NCBI GenBank assembly: GCA_017470505.1
Contig: JAFUYO010000009.1
Coordinates: 1,671 to 65,670, forward strand
Length of the DNA: 64,000 nucleotides
From: Butyrivibrio sp.
GTDB taxonomy: Bacteria; Bacillota; Clostridia; Lachnospirales; Lachnospiraceae
Direction of reading: 5' to 3'
Made by a program: the position numbers and the translations under genes. The notes below the pieces were generated by a model. That model had not been told where the DNA came from. It was given only the letters and a program-made list of their open reading frames with translations, and did not search any database. Below, one piece after another: positions 38,886 through 48,352 of this stretch. The first letter of the stretch is position 1, and each line of letters opens with the position of its first letter.

Positions 38886-40328
38886 TCAGAATTTCGCAAG
38901 TACTGCCTTTAAGTACTCCCACACGTTCGCAGCCGACTCTACAGAGAGCCTCTCACCCGTCGAGTGTATGTCCTCCATGTCAGGCCCAATTGATATGCAG
39001 TCGAGCCCCTCTATCTTTTCGCTCAGTATTCCGCACTCAAGTCCTGCATGTATCGCCTCGAGCTTCGGGTCTTTCCCGTAGAGTTCTCTATAGACTTTGA
39101 CCATGTGGTCTCTGAGGTCTGACTTTGGTCTGTACTTCCAGCCCGGGTATGAGCCGCTAACCGTGACCTTTGCGCCGTAGGATTCTGAGATTGTTCTGAT
39201 CCTTCTGATCAGGAAATCCTTTGAAGACTCGACGCTGCTCCTCGTGGACTGCTCAATAGTAACAGCGTTTTCGGTGGTCTTTAGTATACCAAGATTTAAG
39301 GATGTCTCAACAAGCCCTTCGACATCTGCGCTCATGGCCTGTACGCCATCAGGCATCGAGCAGATAAGCTGCAAAAGCTTTCTCGTGTTCTCAGAGTCCA
39401 TGGCTTCTGCACTATCGCCATCCTCCTCTTTTACCGTGATCTTAAGGTCACTGTCCTTGCCCTCAAGCTCTCCTCTTATATCAGTCTCTGTAGATGAAAC
39501 GCTTTCCTTAAATGCGGCGATGTCCTTATCTGCGATCACGATCTGCGCCGCCGCCGATGAAGGGATCGCATTGTCCGCAACACCTCCCGATATGCTCTCG
39601 ATGCAGAACCCGGCGTTGTCCAGAGCTTCCAGTAGAGTCCTTGCAAGTATGATGTTGGCGTTACCTCTCCCCTTTATTATCATCTCGCCGGAGTGTCCGC
39701 CAAGAAGGCCTGAGACCTCGACACTGATGCGCTTTCCTCCCGCAATCTTTCTTGTGACAGGAAGCTCAGAGTACACCCGCGCTCCGCCTGCGCAGCTTGT
39801 GATGAAGACGCCCTCTTCCTCGTTGTCTATGTTTATGAGCTTTCTCCCCTTAAGGCCGGAAAGGTCGATTGCCGCAGCGCCGAACATCCCCGTCTCCTCG
39901 TTAGTCGTTATCACAACCTCGAGCGGCGGGTGCGGTATGTCATCAGAATCAAGGAGTGCAAGACAGTAGGCAACCGCAATACCGTCATCGCCTCCAAGAC
40001 TTGTCCCCTCAGCCCAGACATATTCTCCGTCTGTTCCGGTCCTTAGAGGATCCGTCTCCATATTTATGTCTGCGTCGTCGTCCTTCACGGCGACCATGTC
40101 CATGTGTCCCTGAAGGATGATCGTCTCTTTGTCCTCATATCCTGCGCTCCCGGGCGCCTTGATTATGACGTTAAGCTCTTTGTCCTGAGATACGTCAAGT
40201 CCCCTCTCTTTTGCAAAAGATACCAGGTAGTTGCTGATCTTCTTAAGGTTCCCCGAGCCGTGGGGGATAGAGCAGATTTCTTCAAAATAATGGAATACCT
40301 TTTTGGGTTCCAGATTTTCAAATGCCAT
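38886..40328 (-). CDS. pepD: Aminoacyl-histidine dipeptidase (M20C)
   Basis: IPHGSGN, LQGHMDMV, LGGDDGI, EETGM.GA, GGHSG, IHAGLECG, IHSTGE. Confidence 0.92.
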   Translation of the reverse strand: MAFENLEPKKVFHYFEEICSIPHGSGNLKKISNYLVSFAKERGLDVSQDKELNVIIKAPGSAGYEDKETIILQGHMDMVAVKDDDADINMETDPLRTGTDGEYVWAEGTSLGGDDGIAVAYCLALLDSDDIPHPPLEVVITTNEETGMFGAAAIDLSGLKGRKLINIDNEEEGVFITSCAGGARVYSELPVTRKIAGGKRISVEVSGLLGGHSGEMIIKGRGNANIILARTLLEALDNAGFCIESISGGVADNAIPSSAAAQIVIADKDIAAFKESVSSTETDIRGELEGKDSDLKITVKEEDGDSAEAMDSENTRKLLQLICSMPDGVQAMSADVEGLVETSLNLGILKTTENAVTIEQSTRSSVESSKDFLIRRIRTISESYGAKVTVSGSYPGWKYRPKSDLRDHMVKVYRELYGKDPKLEAIHAGLECGILSEKIEGLDCISIGPDMEDIHSTGERLSVESAANVWEYLKAVLAKF

Positions 40329-40358
40329 TATATGAACCTCCAATAGAAAAATTAATCG

Positions 40359-40385
40359 AAAAAGGAGTCTGTTTCCAGACTCCTT
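40359..40385 (-). terminator. Terminator of the infC-rpmI-rplT operon
   Basis: AAGGAGTCTG-N4-CAGACTCCTT followed by a U-run on the minus strand. Confidence 0.75.
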
Positions 40386-40444
40386 AATTTTACTCTCAAA
40401 AAACTATTATTACAACCAAAGTTTCCGAGCTGTTTATGCTCTTA

Positions 40445-40801
40445 TTATGCAATCTTCTCTTTTGCAAGCTCAGCAAGTGTCTTGAATCCGTCGGGATCGT
40501 TCACTGCCATCTCTGCAAGCATCTTCCTGTTGATGTCAACACCTGCAAGCTTGAGGCCGTGCATCATATTGCTGTATGAGAGGCCGTTGATGCGGGCTGC
40601 TGCGTTGATACGTGTGATCCAGAGAGATCTCATATCTCTCTTCTTCTGCTTACGACCTGCGAATGCAGAAGTAAGTGCTCTCATAACTGACTGCTTGGCT
40701 ACTCTGTACTGCTTGGATCTTGCTCCTCTGTAGCCCTTAGCGAGCTTTAATACTCTATTGTGTTTCTTCTTGGCATTTAATGCGCCTTTAACTCTTGCCA
40801 T
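40445..40801 (-). CDS. rplT: 50S ribosomal protein L20
   Basis: MARVKG...[11 protein letters not shown]...[11 protein letters not shown]. Confidence 0.98.
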   Translation of the reverse strand: MARVKGALNAKKKHNRVLKLAKGYRGARSKQYRVAKQSVMRALTSAFAGRKQKKRDMRSLWITRINAAARINGLSYSNMMHGLKLAGVDINRKMLAEMAVNDPDGFKTLAELAKEKIA

Positions 40802-40830
40802 TTCTATATCCTCCTGAATCAAATATCCTC

Positions 40831-40857
40831 GTTACCACTTCAGTACCTGCCGGTAAC
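40831..40857 (-). repeat. Short GTTAC...GTAAC repeat unit between rpmI and rplT
   Basis: Minus strand GTTACCGGCAGGTACTGAAGTGGTAAC resembles GTTACTGGTCAGGAACTGAACAGTAAC at 43999-44025. Confidence 0.6.
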
Positions 40858-40898
40858 ATCTAAGTCTCTTCCCTTCCGAATGCCCAAAAGCGGCAAAA

Positions 40899-41099
40899 TT
40901 ATGCGTAAGGAAGGATGCTCTTCATTGCCTTTACATTTGTAACGTCAACAAGTCCGGCATGACGAAGATTTCTCTTTCTCTTAGTGGACTTCTTGGTTAA
41001 GATGTGGCGCTTATACGCTTTGTTTCTCATGAGCTTGCCTGTGCCGGTTACCTTGAATCTTTTGGCAGCAGCTCTCTTTGTTTTCATCTTTTGCTGCAT
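40899..41099 (-). CDS. rpmI: 50S ribosomal protein L35
   Basis: [19 protein letters not shown]...HILTKK. GGAGG RBS before ATG 41099. Confidence 0.97.
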   Translation of the reverse strand: MQQKMKTKRAAAKRFKVTGTGKLMRNKAYKRHILTKKSTKRKRNLRHAGLVDVTNVKAMKSILPYA

Positions 41100-41169
41100 A
41101 ACTGAATCCTCCTGTGAATCATAAATTTGTACTGCGTTATTTTTAACCAAAATATGGCAAAAATCTGTA

Positions 41170-41679
41170 TCAGTTCTTTTTCTCTGTCAGGAACATGGTC
41201 ATTGAACGTCCCTCAACCTTGGGCTGCTTCTCAATAACTGCAATATCTGAGAGTGCCTCGGCGAAATCAGTAAGGATGTGAACGCTTGCGCCCATGTGCG
41301 CCATCTCACGACCTCTGAAACGAAGAGTGATCTTGACCCTGTTTCCCTTTTCAAGGAATCTCCTGGCAGCACCAACCTTGGTGTTCAGATCGTTCGTGTC
41401 GATGTTGGGAGAAAGCCTTATCTCCTTGATCTCAACAGTCTTCTGCTTCTTCCTCGCCTCTTTCTCCTTGCGAAGCTGCTCATACTTGAACTTGCCGTAA
41501 TCAACAACCCTGCATACAGGGGGCTTGGCGGTGGGAGCGATCATAACAAGATCTACGCCCTCATCATCTGCAATCTTCCTGGCATCGGTAATAGGCATAA
41601 CTCCAAGCTGCTCTCCTCCGATACCGATTACACGAACCTCTTTGGCTCTGATCTGGTCGTTAATATATAACTCGCTAAT
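41170..41679 (-). CDS. infC: Translation initiation factor IF-3, ATT start codon
   Basis: The frame extends 81 nt upstream of the ORF-track start to ATT AGC GAG TTA TAT ATT AAC GAC CAG ATC AGA ([11 protein letters not shown]), 8 nt after GGAGG. Also KEIRLSP and FRGRE. Confidence 0.95.
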   Translation of the reverse strand: MSELYINDQIRAKEVRVIGIGGEQLGVMPITDARKIADDEGVDLVMIAPTAKPPVCRVVDYGKFKYEQLRKEKEARKKQKTVEIKEIRLSPNIDTNDLNTKVGAARRFLEKGNRVKITLRFRGREMAHMGASVHILTDFAEALSDIAVIEKQPKVEGRSMTMFLTEKKN

Positions 41680-41698
41680 GGCTTTGTCCTCCTAGACA

Positions 41699-41830
41699 TA
41701 AAAAAGTGGATACAACATGCATTGTATCCACATAATCACCGCAAATAAGAGCGCAATCAGCGTCTATTTGAAAGATATTGACGCCTGCTGGCCATGCCGC
41801 AGGGTGAGAGTGGATACTCTGCTTTGTTTT
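41699..41830 (-). promoter_or_regulatory. L20 ribosomal protein leader (attenuator)
   Basis: Minus strand AAGCAGAGTATCCACTCTCACC...GGTGA..GTGGATAC...GTATCCACTTTTTT gives alternative pairing plus a terminator upstream of infC, as in Firmicute L20 leaders. TTGACA-N17-TTAATT promoter at 41873-41845. Confidence 0.8.
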
Positions 41831-41903
41831 CAAATACTGGTATAAATTAACACAACCTGGCGGCTGTTGTCAAGTACCTGCCAGGCACTTTTTTAGCGAT
41901 TTT

Positions 41904-42785
41904 TTATGAGTTCATGAGCTCATTGATTGCTGCGTCATAGTCTTCCTGGCTGATCTCGCCCTTGTCGAGCTGATCCTTGAGGGCAGCTATTACTATGAGG
42001 TATGCGAGAGCCTCAGCCTCGTCGTCGGTAAGTTCCTCGCTGCTGCTCTTGGATGAAGATGACTTCTTGGAGCTTGAGTTTGAACTTGAGCTTGACTCAG
42101 AACGTGACTCCATGGATTCATGAGTGTTTCCGTTCTCAATCCTGATCGTTGAGTAGTGGTATGCGCCCTCTCCGTTGTAGCCGCGGCTGGTGTCGTAGAG
42201 GTCGTTTCCATAGTAAGCGCCGTATCCGTCGTGCTTGTCCTTCATGATGATAAAGGTACTGCTCTCATACATGCTGGCACTGATATTGACGGTCAGGTCA
42301 TGTCCGAGATACACGTCGTACCTTGCGGCAGCAGCGGCAGCTGCAGCTGCGGCCTGAGCGGCAACCTGCTTCTGTCTGATTTTTGCATAGGTTGTATTGG
42401 TCCTGCCTTCCTTTATTCCGTAGGTTACATAGTGAACGTACGCATTGGTGTAGTCATTCGCAGGGCAGATTGCCTTGATATCGGGATATGAATCACAGTA
42501 AGCCTTGGGGTCGAAGTCTGCGTTCATCATCCTGCCTTCCTTCATGCCGAAGGTCAGAAAGTGATTGAGCATCCCCGCCTTGTCTGTGCCGTATGCTGCC
42601 TTGATATCAGGGTACTGGTTTGCGTAGAAGTCAGCGTCAAATGCAGCCTTTATTGCAGTTGTTGACGGAGCCTCTGCGGTCTTCGCCATAGCCGTTGCGG
42701 AAAAAGCACCTGACATAACAATGCCTGCGCTGAGAGTTGCAGCGAGAATTGCAGCAAGAATTCTTTTCATGATTGGTTTCTTCAT
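41904..42785 (-). CDS. Secreted hypothetical protein with two FD..(F/Y)Y...YPD repeats
   Basis: Signal peptide; FDADFYANQYPDIKAAYG...HF.TFG.KEGR occurs twice; Ala- and Ser-rich linkers. Confidence 0.8.
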   Translation of the reverse strand: MKKPIMKRILAAILAATLSAGIVMSGAFSATAMAKTAEAPSTTAIKAAFDADFYANQYPDIKAAYGTDKAGMLNHFLTFGMKEGRMMNADFDPKAYCDSYPDIKAICPANDYTNAYVHYVTYGIKEGRTNTTYAKIRQKQVAAQAAAAAAAAAARYDVYLGHDLTVNISASMYESSTFIIMKDKHDGYGAYYGNDLYDTSRGYNGEGAYHYSTIRIENGNTHESMESRSESSSSSNSSSKKSSSSKSSSEELTDDEAEALAYLIVIAALKDQLDKGEISQEDYDAAINELMNS

Positions 42786-42826
42786 AAAGTTTGAGCCCTC
42801 CTTGATAGCTGTTGTTAACATTGCGC

Positions 42827-42865
42827 GCTTCCGGTCATGAACTGCGTCAGGACCTGACCGGTAAC
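42827..42865 (-). repeat. GTTAC-family hairpin copy
   Basis: Minus strand GTTACCGGTCAGGTCCTGACGCAGTTCATGACCGG shares GTTACYGGTCAGG with the other copies. Confidence 0.6.
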
Positions 42866-43048
42866 TGTATTTACATTATACATTAAACATTCTAAAATGC
42901 TTATGAAATAACGATAAAATTTAATCTGTGGTTTTCCACATAAGACAACTTCCTGTCATTGTAACCATCCCCATAGTGGCAATGCAAATAATTGCTTTAA
43001 TTCCATTTCACAGCTCTGAAAAACTATAAATTTGTAGTCGCGTTTTAA

Positions 43049-43543
43049 CTATTCCTCTTGTGCCCAAATTGCTATTGAAAACTTATCCTCAGAAAAATAC
43101 TTTAAAGTGCATTGAAACTTATCTTTATCGAAATATAACTCCAAAAATTTTCTGTTTCTTCTCTTTATAAAGGTATCTGTCTTGGAAAACATTGTTTCAC
43201 TCATTATCAGAGTACATCCTATTTGCGGGCGCTTGCAAGCAGCTATGTACAAATTTTCAATCTTATATGACTTGTCGCCTTCAGACAATTCAAACTCTGG
43301 TATTTTATAAATCTTACATTCTTGCTTATCCTTTCCAAATCCTGAAATAAATCCTTTACGCTGATCTAATTCTGCATTTGGATAAGCTTTCAAAAGAGCC
43401 TTTTCAGAAGCGCACCATACTGGAACAACAGCACCGCTATCATACATAGCAAGTATTTCGATATTATTGCGGATATATGAAAATGTCGGGCGCTCTGCAT
43501 GGCTAATTAAGCTCAATTGTAAAGTTGGCACTGATTGGTCCAT
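43049..43543 (-). CDS. Putative retropepsin-like aspartic protease
   Basis: ILAMYDSGAVVP (hydrophobic-D-S-G-A) and a flap-like ISGFG. The C-terminal ILG motif is degenerate (LIMSETM). AT-rich. Confidence 0.55.
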   Translation of the reverse strand: MDQSVPTLQLSLISHAERPTFSYIRNNIEILAMYDSGAVVPVWCASEKALLKAYPNAELDQRKGFISGFGKDKQECKIYKIPEFELSEGDKSYKIENLYIAACKRPQIGCTLIMSETMFSKTDTFIKRRNRKFLELYFDKDKFQCTLKYFSEDKFSIAIWAQEE

Positions 43544-43745
43544 TGATTATTCCCTCTGTAGTCCTACGGAATGTGAAATTATCATCTAAATGTTCGTCTT
43601 GGTAATCAAAAACGTCAGAATCATCTTTGACACATACAATTTCTGCAGAATCGATATCACTCCCGATGAATGATACGTTTTTTAGAACAACCCATTTATC
43701 AGGATATTTTTTTACTATAGCATCCCACGATTCACGCATATTCAT
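43503..43745 (-). CDS. Small acidic protein, DUF5678-like
   Basis: W..I.KKYPDKWVVL motif, GGAGG RBS, 41-nt overlap with the protease ORF. Confidence 0.6.
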   Translation of the reverse strand: MNMRESWDAIVKKYPDKWVVLKNVSFIGSDIDSAEIVCVKDDSDVFDYQDEHLDDNFTFRRTTEGIINGPISANFTIELN

Positions 43746-43846
43746 TCCTCCTCGTACATTTTCCCTTTCTCTTTTATTCTTGGCAAGTCATAACCCTTAC
43801 GAAGGACTTCTTCTGTTCCCTGAAAGGAGTCCTTCTTGATAGCTCA

Positions 43847-43855
43847 ATTATAACA
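43847..43855 (-). promoter_or_regulatory. Extended -10 promoter of the small-protein/protease pair
   Basis: TGTTATAAT on the minus strand about 100 nt upstream of the start codon. Confidence 0.55.
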
Positions 43856-43900
43856 TACTCTCTGCACAAAGATTAGTTCGGTTGGCAGAGAGGATATCTC

Positions 43901-44025
43901 GTTACTGTTCAGCCGGCACTACGCTGCCGGTTGCGTGAGAAAATGATTCAGCAGGCAATTTGGGCCATCGCAAGGCGATTTTCATGCCCAAATTGCATGT
44001 TACTGGTCAGGAACTGAACAGTAAC
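43901..44025. mobile_element. 125-bp MITE/REP-like element with 12-bp terminal inverted repeats
   Basis: Ends GTTACTGTTCAG...CTGAACAGTAAC. Internal hairpins CCGGCA-CTACGC-TGCCGG and GCAATTTGGGC..GCCCAAATTGC. Modules recur elsewhere in the window. No coding capacity. Confidence 0.65.
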
Positions 44026-44045
44026 GCATCATATAGATATTATGT

Positions 44046-44072
44046 CAGGGGCAAAAATCCGACTTGCCCCTG
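44046..44072. terminator. Hairpin downstream of the calpain-like gene
   Basis: CAGGGGCAA-N9-TTGCCCCTG. Confidence 0.55.
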
Positions 44073-44077
44073 GCTTG

Positions 44078-47000
44078 TTACTTTTTCTTAGGCTTATTCT
44101 GGGGCAGAACAAAGTCATCACACTTATCTGCAACGTCCTTAAGTTCCCACCAGCTGATGCCCATGAATCCGGTTTTCATATCAGGAGACAGCTCTCTGAC
44201 AGCTGTGTGGTTATGGAAGACATCTGACAGGCCCGGCAATTTCTTTTCAACCTCTTCCTCTTCATTCTGCGTATACTCAGCATGTTCTACATTAAACGGA
44301 TCCCGGATGAGCACAAACCACTTGCCGTCGTGGAGCTTAACGTCCAGTGCTGTCACAACATGACCGCCATTATAGACCATCGGCACTGTCCTTCCTTCCC
44401 TTACCTCCGTGAGAATGACCTTTAGATAGTTAAGCTCAGAAGGTGAGTACCTCTTACCTTTATTGGGTATAAGAAAGCTCTTTATATTGCTCCTCATCAG
44501 ATCTTTTTCCTGATCTGTGACTAAGGTTTCATAGCCTTCCGGTTTATAATAATCTTCTTTCGTGAAAATGATTTTTCTTAAATCTTCATAGGTTACTTTT
44601 TCATCGGTGACCTTCTGCTCAAGCAGTGTTACCATTCTGCCAATGTCCAGCCTGTCACTAACCTTAGAAGTATCTGCCAGTATTGCATTATCATTCAGAT
44701 TGCGTCTGATGAGCGATGATATCATATTCACCATGAAATCTTCGTTGTTCGTAAAATCATCCAGCTCTCTCAACAGATTATCCTTTTGCTCCACTGTGAG
44801 GTTGCCTTTCTTTACAAGTTCATCAAACCTGGTATCAATGTGAGCATCCAAATAGCAGTTCTTAAGGTCATCCAAAGAATGCCTGACTACTTCCCTGATG
44901 AGCTCATCCTCACTCCCAAGGTCTTTATCATATTTGTCCTGATTGTTGACTTTAAGGAGCAGTTGTGTATAAAGATGACTATGAAGATGTGTCGGTACAC
45001 CTTTAAATATTACCCGCATCTGATAATCACTCAGTGCCAATGAATTATTAATTCCATTGTACCTGACAAAACTATCAGAAGCTACGTCACTGCGGTTTTT
45101 GCTGATATAAGCCCTGCCGGTCAGATGCATGAGCACAACGTGAGGTTCACCCTCAGTCAACTCTTCATTGATATTTTTTAACACGCCGTTTTCATCGATA
45201 TCAGGCTTTCCATGGTTAAATCCTGCTGCAGCGTAAGCTTTTTCCAAAAGCTGCATCCACATACAGTCACAGCTTGCTTCCTCTCCGGTCTCATAGTGCT
45301 TTTTAACCTTCACATAGACAGGGCGCATTGTGGCCTTACCCATTGCTGCAGGGTCGTCTATTCTCGTATAAGCTTTTTTGCCCTTCTTCTCAACCTCTCC
45401 ATAAGCCGCATATAACCTGACAATTACATTGCCATCTCCAAGGTCCAGAAACATATCGCGAATTGACTCAGGCTCAGTAGAAAGTATCGTTTGAACCGCA
45501 GCCATCATATAGCAATTGCCGATCACTCCCTGCTTGATGTCATTAAGGTTTGGCGAATGAGGGAAAAGAGGAAGATTCCTCATATTACTCTCTTCAGAAT
45601 CCCCAAAGAAAGTCTTCTGCGTATATACTGCCTTAGTCTCCTCGATAGCCTTCAGCTCTCCGGGCTTTAAATGGCTTCCCAAAGTACCGCATGACATCTG
45701 CACATAATGCTTATATGCTTCGTGGATCTTTCTCCTGATAAGAGGATATTCCCCCTGTTCTTCCTCCAGCATCTTATTTACACTGAGATTGAACTTCTCC
45801 AAAAAAGCGTGCTCCATTTCGTAGGTATCCCTGTTAACCAGGCCTCTGACCTCGCAGTAACCAGAAAGCGCCTCAGCAGCATCCTGCATGGACTCAGGAT
45901 AGTTCTTCCCCGCCTGCATCAGGCCGGCAATCTCACGATAGTCATTGTAGAGCTGCATTTTCATCGGATCCTTGAAATACTTGTTAAGCTCAACCTTAGG
46001 AGCATAAGTGCCATCTCCAAAGGTTATGCTCTGGTCGGCACCTTCTTCACCAAAATTTTTCAGCTCCTGTGGCATCCGGGCAAGGTTTCTCCTCGCGACA
46101 TCATATAACTCAGCTCCGTGATGATGGGTTCTTTTCCTGCTGTATACCCAGCTTACAAACCTTGTGAGCCCTAAAATAGTCTTACCCTTAACATAGTCAT
46201 ATATACTTCCAAATGAGAATTTCTCTTTTTTTCGGTAAGTGTTTTTAAGCCATTCCTCATGGAAAAGATAATTCGATGCCTCCGCTCTGAAATCAGCGGA
46301 ATCGTATTCCATTTTCTGAGCTTCGTTTCTGAGCTTTTGCTGAACCTCCTTATTCTTCAGGGTAGCTGCATCCGAAATCTTTGCTATATCTTTTTCATAG
46401 GCTTCGAGTTCCTCTTTTTCCCTGGAAAGATTAAGAAGTTCCTCATCTGTAGCACCCTTGCAGCTTAAAGCTCTGCTCAGATCAATCTTTTTCTTATTGA
46501 TCCTGAGTTCGTTTGCCAGATACACAAAGCTGTCCAGCCTTTCGCTCTCAGCTTTTGTAAGAAAGGCCTGACATTTTATCTTAAGTTCAATGATCTTTGG
46601 GGCATTATTATAGATCACATAGTCCGAATACCTGCCTTCTGAAAGAGTCAAATACAAAAGCCTTAAGTCTTCTCTTAAATTCTCCTGTTCCTTCTTATCA
46701 GGAATCCGGGTTCTGCCCCTTTCTTTAACTGACTTATCTGCATAAGTCCTGAATTTTGTAAATGCTGCATCCATATCAGCATCTTCCGGCGGATTCAGGT
46801 ACAGATCCGAGCGATATTCATTTATAGCAGCGAAAATATCCCTGTACTTTGTAATGGCTCCTGTATATCTCATCTGGAGGTCTTTGCGCTGCTTATCCGA
46901 CAGCTTTCCGATCTCCAAAGTCCCATCCTCAGATATACCGCCGTGCGACAGGATTACTTCCTTCAGGTCTTTAAGTGGAGCACTGAGCTTTTCAACCTCA

Positions 47001-48187
47001 TCCAGAATAGCTATATCCCTGAAGTCCTGCTCCATATAGTAGAAGCCTTTATGGTCATTCTTTTCCCTGATAAGGTCATTTACAAAATCAAGCTGATTAA
47101 GGATTGCGCCAATTTTCCCATAAGAATCCTCAACAGATTCCGGCAGGTTTAGAAGAGTAATTGAACTCTTCCCTCTTTCAAATAAGCCCTTTGCCTTTGG
47201 CTTGTCAAAGCCGTCCACATTTCCCTCATGCTCAAGCCGGTCGAGGTACTGCGAAATGCTTAAGCCCTCGAGCTTCTCCTTGTGGGACAAAAGATCTTTT
47301 GAAAGCCTGATGTTGTCAGTGCTGACCACGTTGGTCTGTAATGTGCCTGCCATGCTATCCAGGTATCTGTTCAGTATTTCAGTGCCTTTTGTCTTAAGGG
47401 CCAAAGCACCTCCGTTGATGCTCAGCAGCAGGGTCCGTACACGCTTCTGATCAGGCGTATCCTTCTTTGGATCCTGCCTGGAAAGCTTACTGACATCATT
47501 GTTGAGGTAATAGCTGTCTGTCATAAGGCTTTTCATCAGCCTGTAGTAATTTATAAGCCCATTAGCCTCTCCAAGCTTATTCTCAAACCGGTCCCGCAAA
47601 TCCTCAGGAAGATTATCGTAATCTTCCCTGCGCTCAACTATAAGGCGCACTATCGCTTCGTGCTTTGCACTTAGCTTTTCGAGAACAGAAGCCTTAGCCG
47701 CAAGCTTTTTGGGACTTGAAATATTAAGATTTTCTATAGGGAGCGATAAAAAATCACTGATGCAGTATTTCAGTACTACCTCAGAGTTTTGGGGCATTTC
47801 CGTGTAGCCTTTTATCAAAGCCCTGTCCATATTTTTTTTGCCTGTAAAAAACGCAGCAATATTTTTGACACATGATTTATCTATATTGGAATTTCCAAGA
47901 GCCTTGTCCGTATACTTATCTATCTTCTCAAAGCGTTCCTTTTCGGCATTTCTGATGGCTTCTCCATAGGCTTTCCTGCTTTTTATACTTGTTTTTTCTA
48001 ATGCATCCTTGCCCGGAATGACAGCCCCGGAATTGGCTCTTATTCCACCGAGATAGTCCATGGTCACCTGCTTCTTTTGCGATTCGTCACCATCCATATA
48101 CTTAATTCTATTGTTGGCCCTGTATTCCTCTTTCGTAACCTTTATAGTTTCATGATTATTTGCCTGAATAAAGTATTCCTGACTCAT
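44078..48187 (-). CDS. Large protein with a C-terminal calpain-like (peptidase C2) domain
   Basis: DIKQGVIGNCYMMAA, WMQLLEKAYAA, GHVVTALD, VLIRDPFN. Start ATG 48187 with GGAGGAG. No signal peptide. Confidence 0.8.
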   Translation of the reverse strand: MSQEYFIQANNHETIKVTKEEYRANNRIKYMDGDESQKKQVTMDYLGGIRANSGAVIPGKDALEKTSIKSRKAYGEAIRNAEKERFEKIDKYTDKALGNSNIDKSCVKNIAAFFTGKKNMDRALIKGYTEMPQNSEVVLKYCISDFLSLPIENLNISSPKKLAAKASVLEKLSAKHEAIVRLIVERREDYDNLPEDLRDRFENKLGEANGLINYYRLMKSLMTDSYYLNNDVSKLSRQDPKKDTPDQKRVRTLLLSINGGALALKTKGTEILNRYLDSMAGTLQTNVVSTDNIRLSKDLLSHKEKLEGLSISQYLDRLEHEGNVDGFDKPKAKGLFERGKSSITLLNLPESVEDSYGKIGAILNQLDFVNDLIREKNDHKGFYYMEQDFRDIAILDEVEKLSAPLKDLKEVILSHGGISEDGTLEIGKLSDKQRKDLQMRYTGAITKYRDIFAAINEYRSDLYLNPPEDADMDAAFTKFRTYADKSVKERGRTRIPDKKEQENLREDLRLLYLTLSEGRYSDYVIYNNAPKIIELKIKCQAFLTKAESERLDSFVYLANELRINKKKIDLSRALSCKGATDEELLNLSREKEELEAYEKDIAKISDAATLKNKEVQQKLRNEAQKMEYDSADFRAEASNYLFHEEWLKNTYRKKEKFSFGSIYDYVKGKTILGLTRFVSWVYSRKRTHHHGAELYDVARRNLARMPQELKNFGEEGADQSITFGDGTYAPKVELNKYFKDPMKMQLYNDYREIAGLMQAGKNYPESMQDAAEALSGYCEVRGLVNRDTYEMEHAFLEKFNLSVNKMLEEEQGEYPLIRRKIHEAYKHYVQMSCGTLGSHLKPGELKAIEETKAVYTQKTFFGDSEESNMRNLPLFPHSPNLNDIKQGVIGNCYMMAAVQTILSTEPESIRDMFLDLGDGNVIVRLYAAYGEVEKKGKKAYTRIDDPAAMGKATMRPVYVKVKKHYETGEEASCDCMWMQLLEKAYAAAGFNHGKPDIDENGVLKNINEELTEGEPHVVLMHLTGRAYISKNRSDVASDSFVRYNGINNSLALSDYQMRVIFKGVPTHLHSHLYTQLLLKVNNQDKYDKDLGSEDELIREVVRHSLDDLKNCYLDAHIDTRFDELVKKGNLTVEQKDNLLRELDDFTNNEDFMVNMISSLIRRNLNDNAILADTSKVSDRLDIGRMVTLLEQKVTDEKVTYEDLRKIIFTKEDYYKPEGYETLVTDQEKDLMRSNIKSFLIPNKGKRYSPSELNYLKVILTEVREGRTVPMVYNGGHVVTALDVKLHDGKWFVLIRDPFNVEHAEYTQNEEEEVEKKLPGLSDVFHNHTAVRELSPDMKTGFMGISWWELKDVADKCDDFVLPQNKPKKK

Positions 48188-48307
48188 ATCTCCTCCAACA
48201 TCTTCTGCATGCACAAATCAACAAATACAATTTTAGCATTCTATTCCTGCCCACGAAAGTTTATACGAAAAAGTTTTTTGGGTGGCATTTACTACCTGAT
48301 TTTTATG

Positions 48308-48336
48308 TTGACGAAAACAACTTTGATGATTAAAAT
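48308..48336 (+). promoter_or_regulatory. sigmaA promoter of tRNA-Ala
   Basis: TTGACG-N17-TAAAAT. Confidence 0.75.
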
Positions 48337-48352
48337 GTGATAGTGGCATTAA

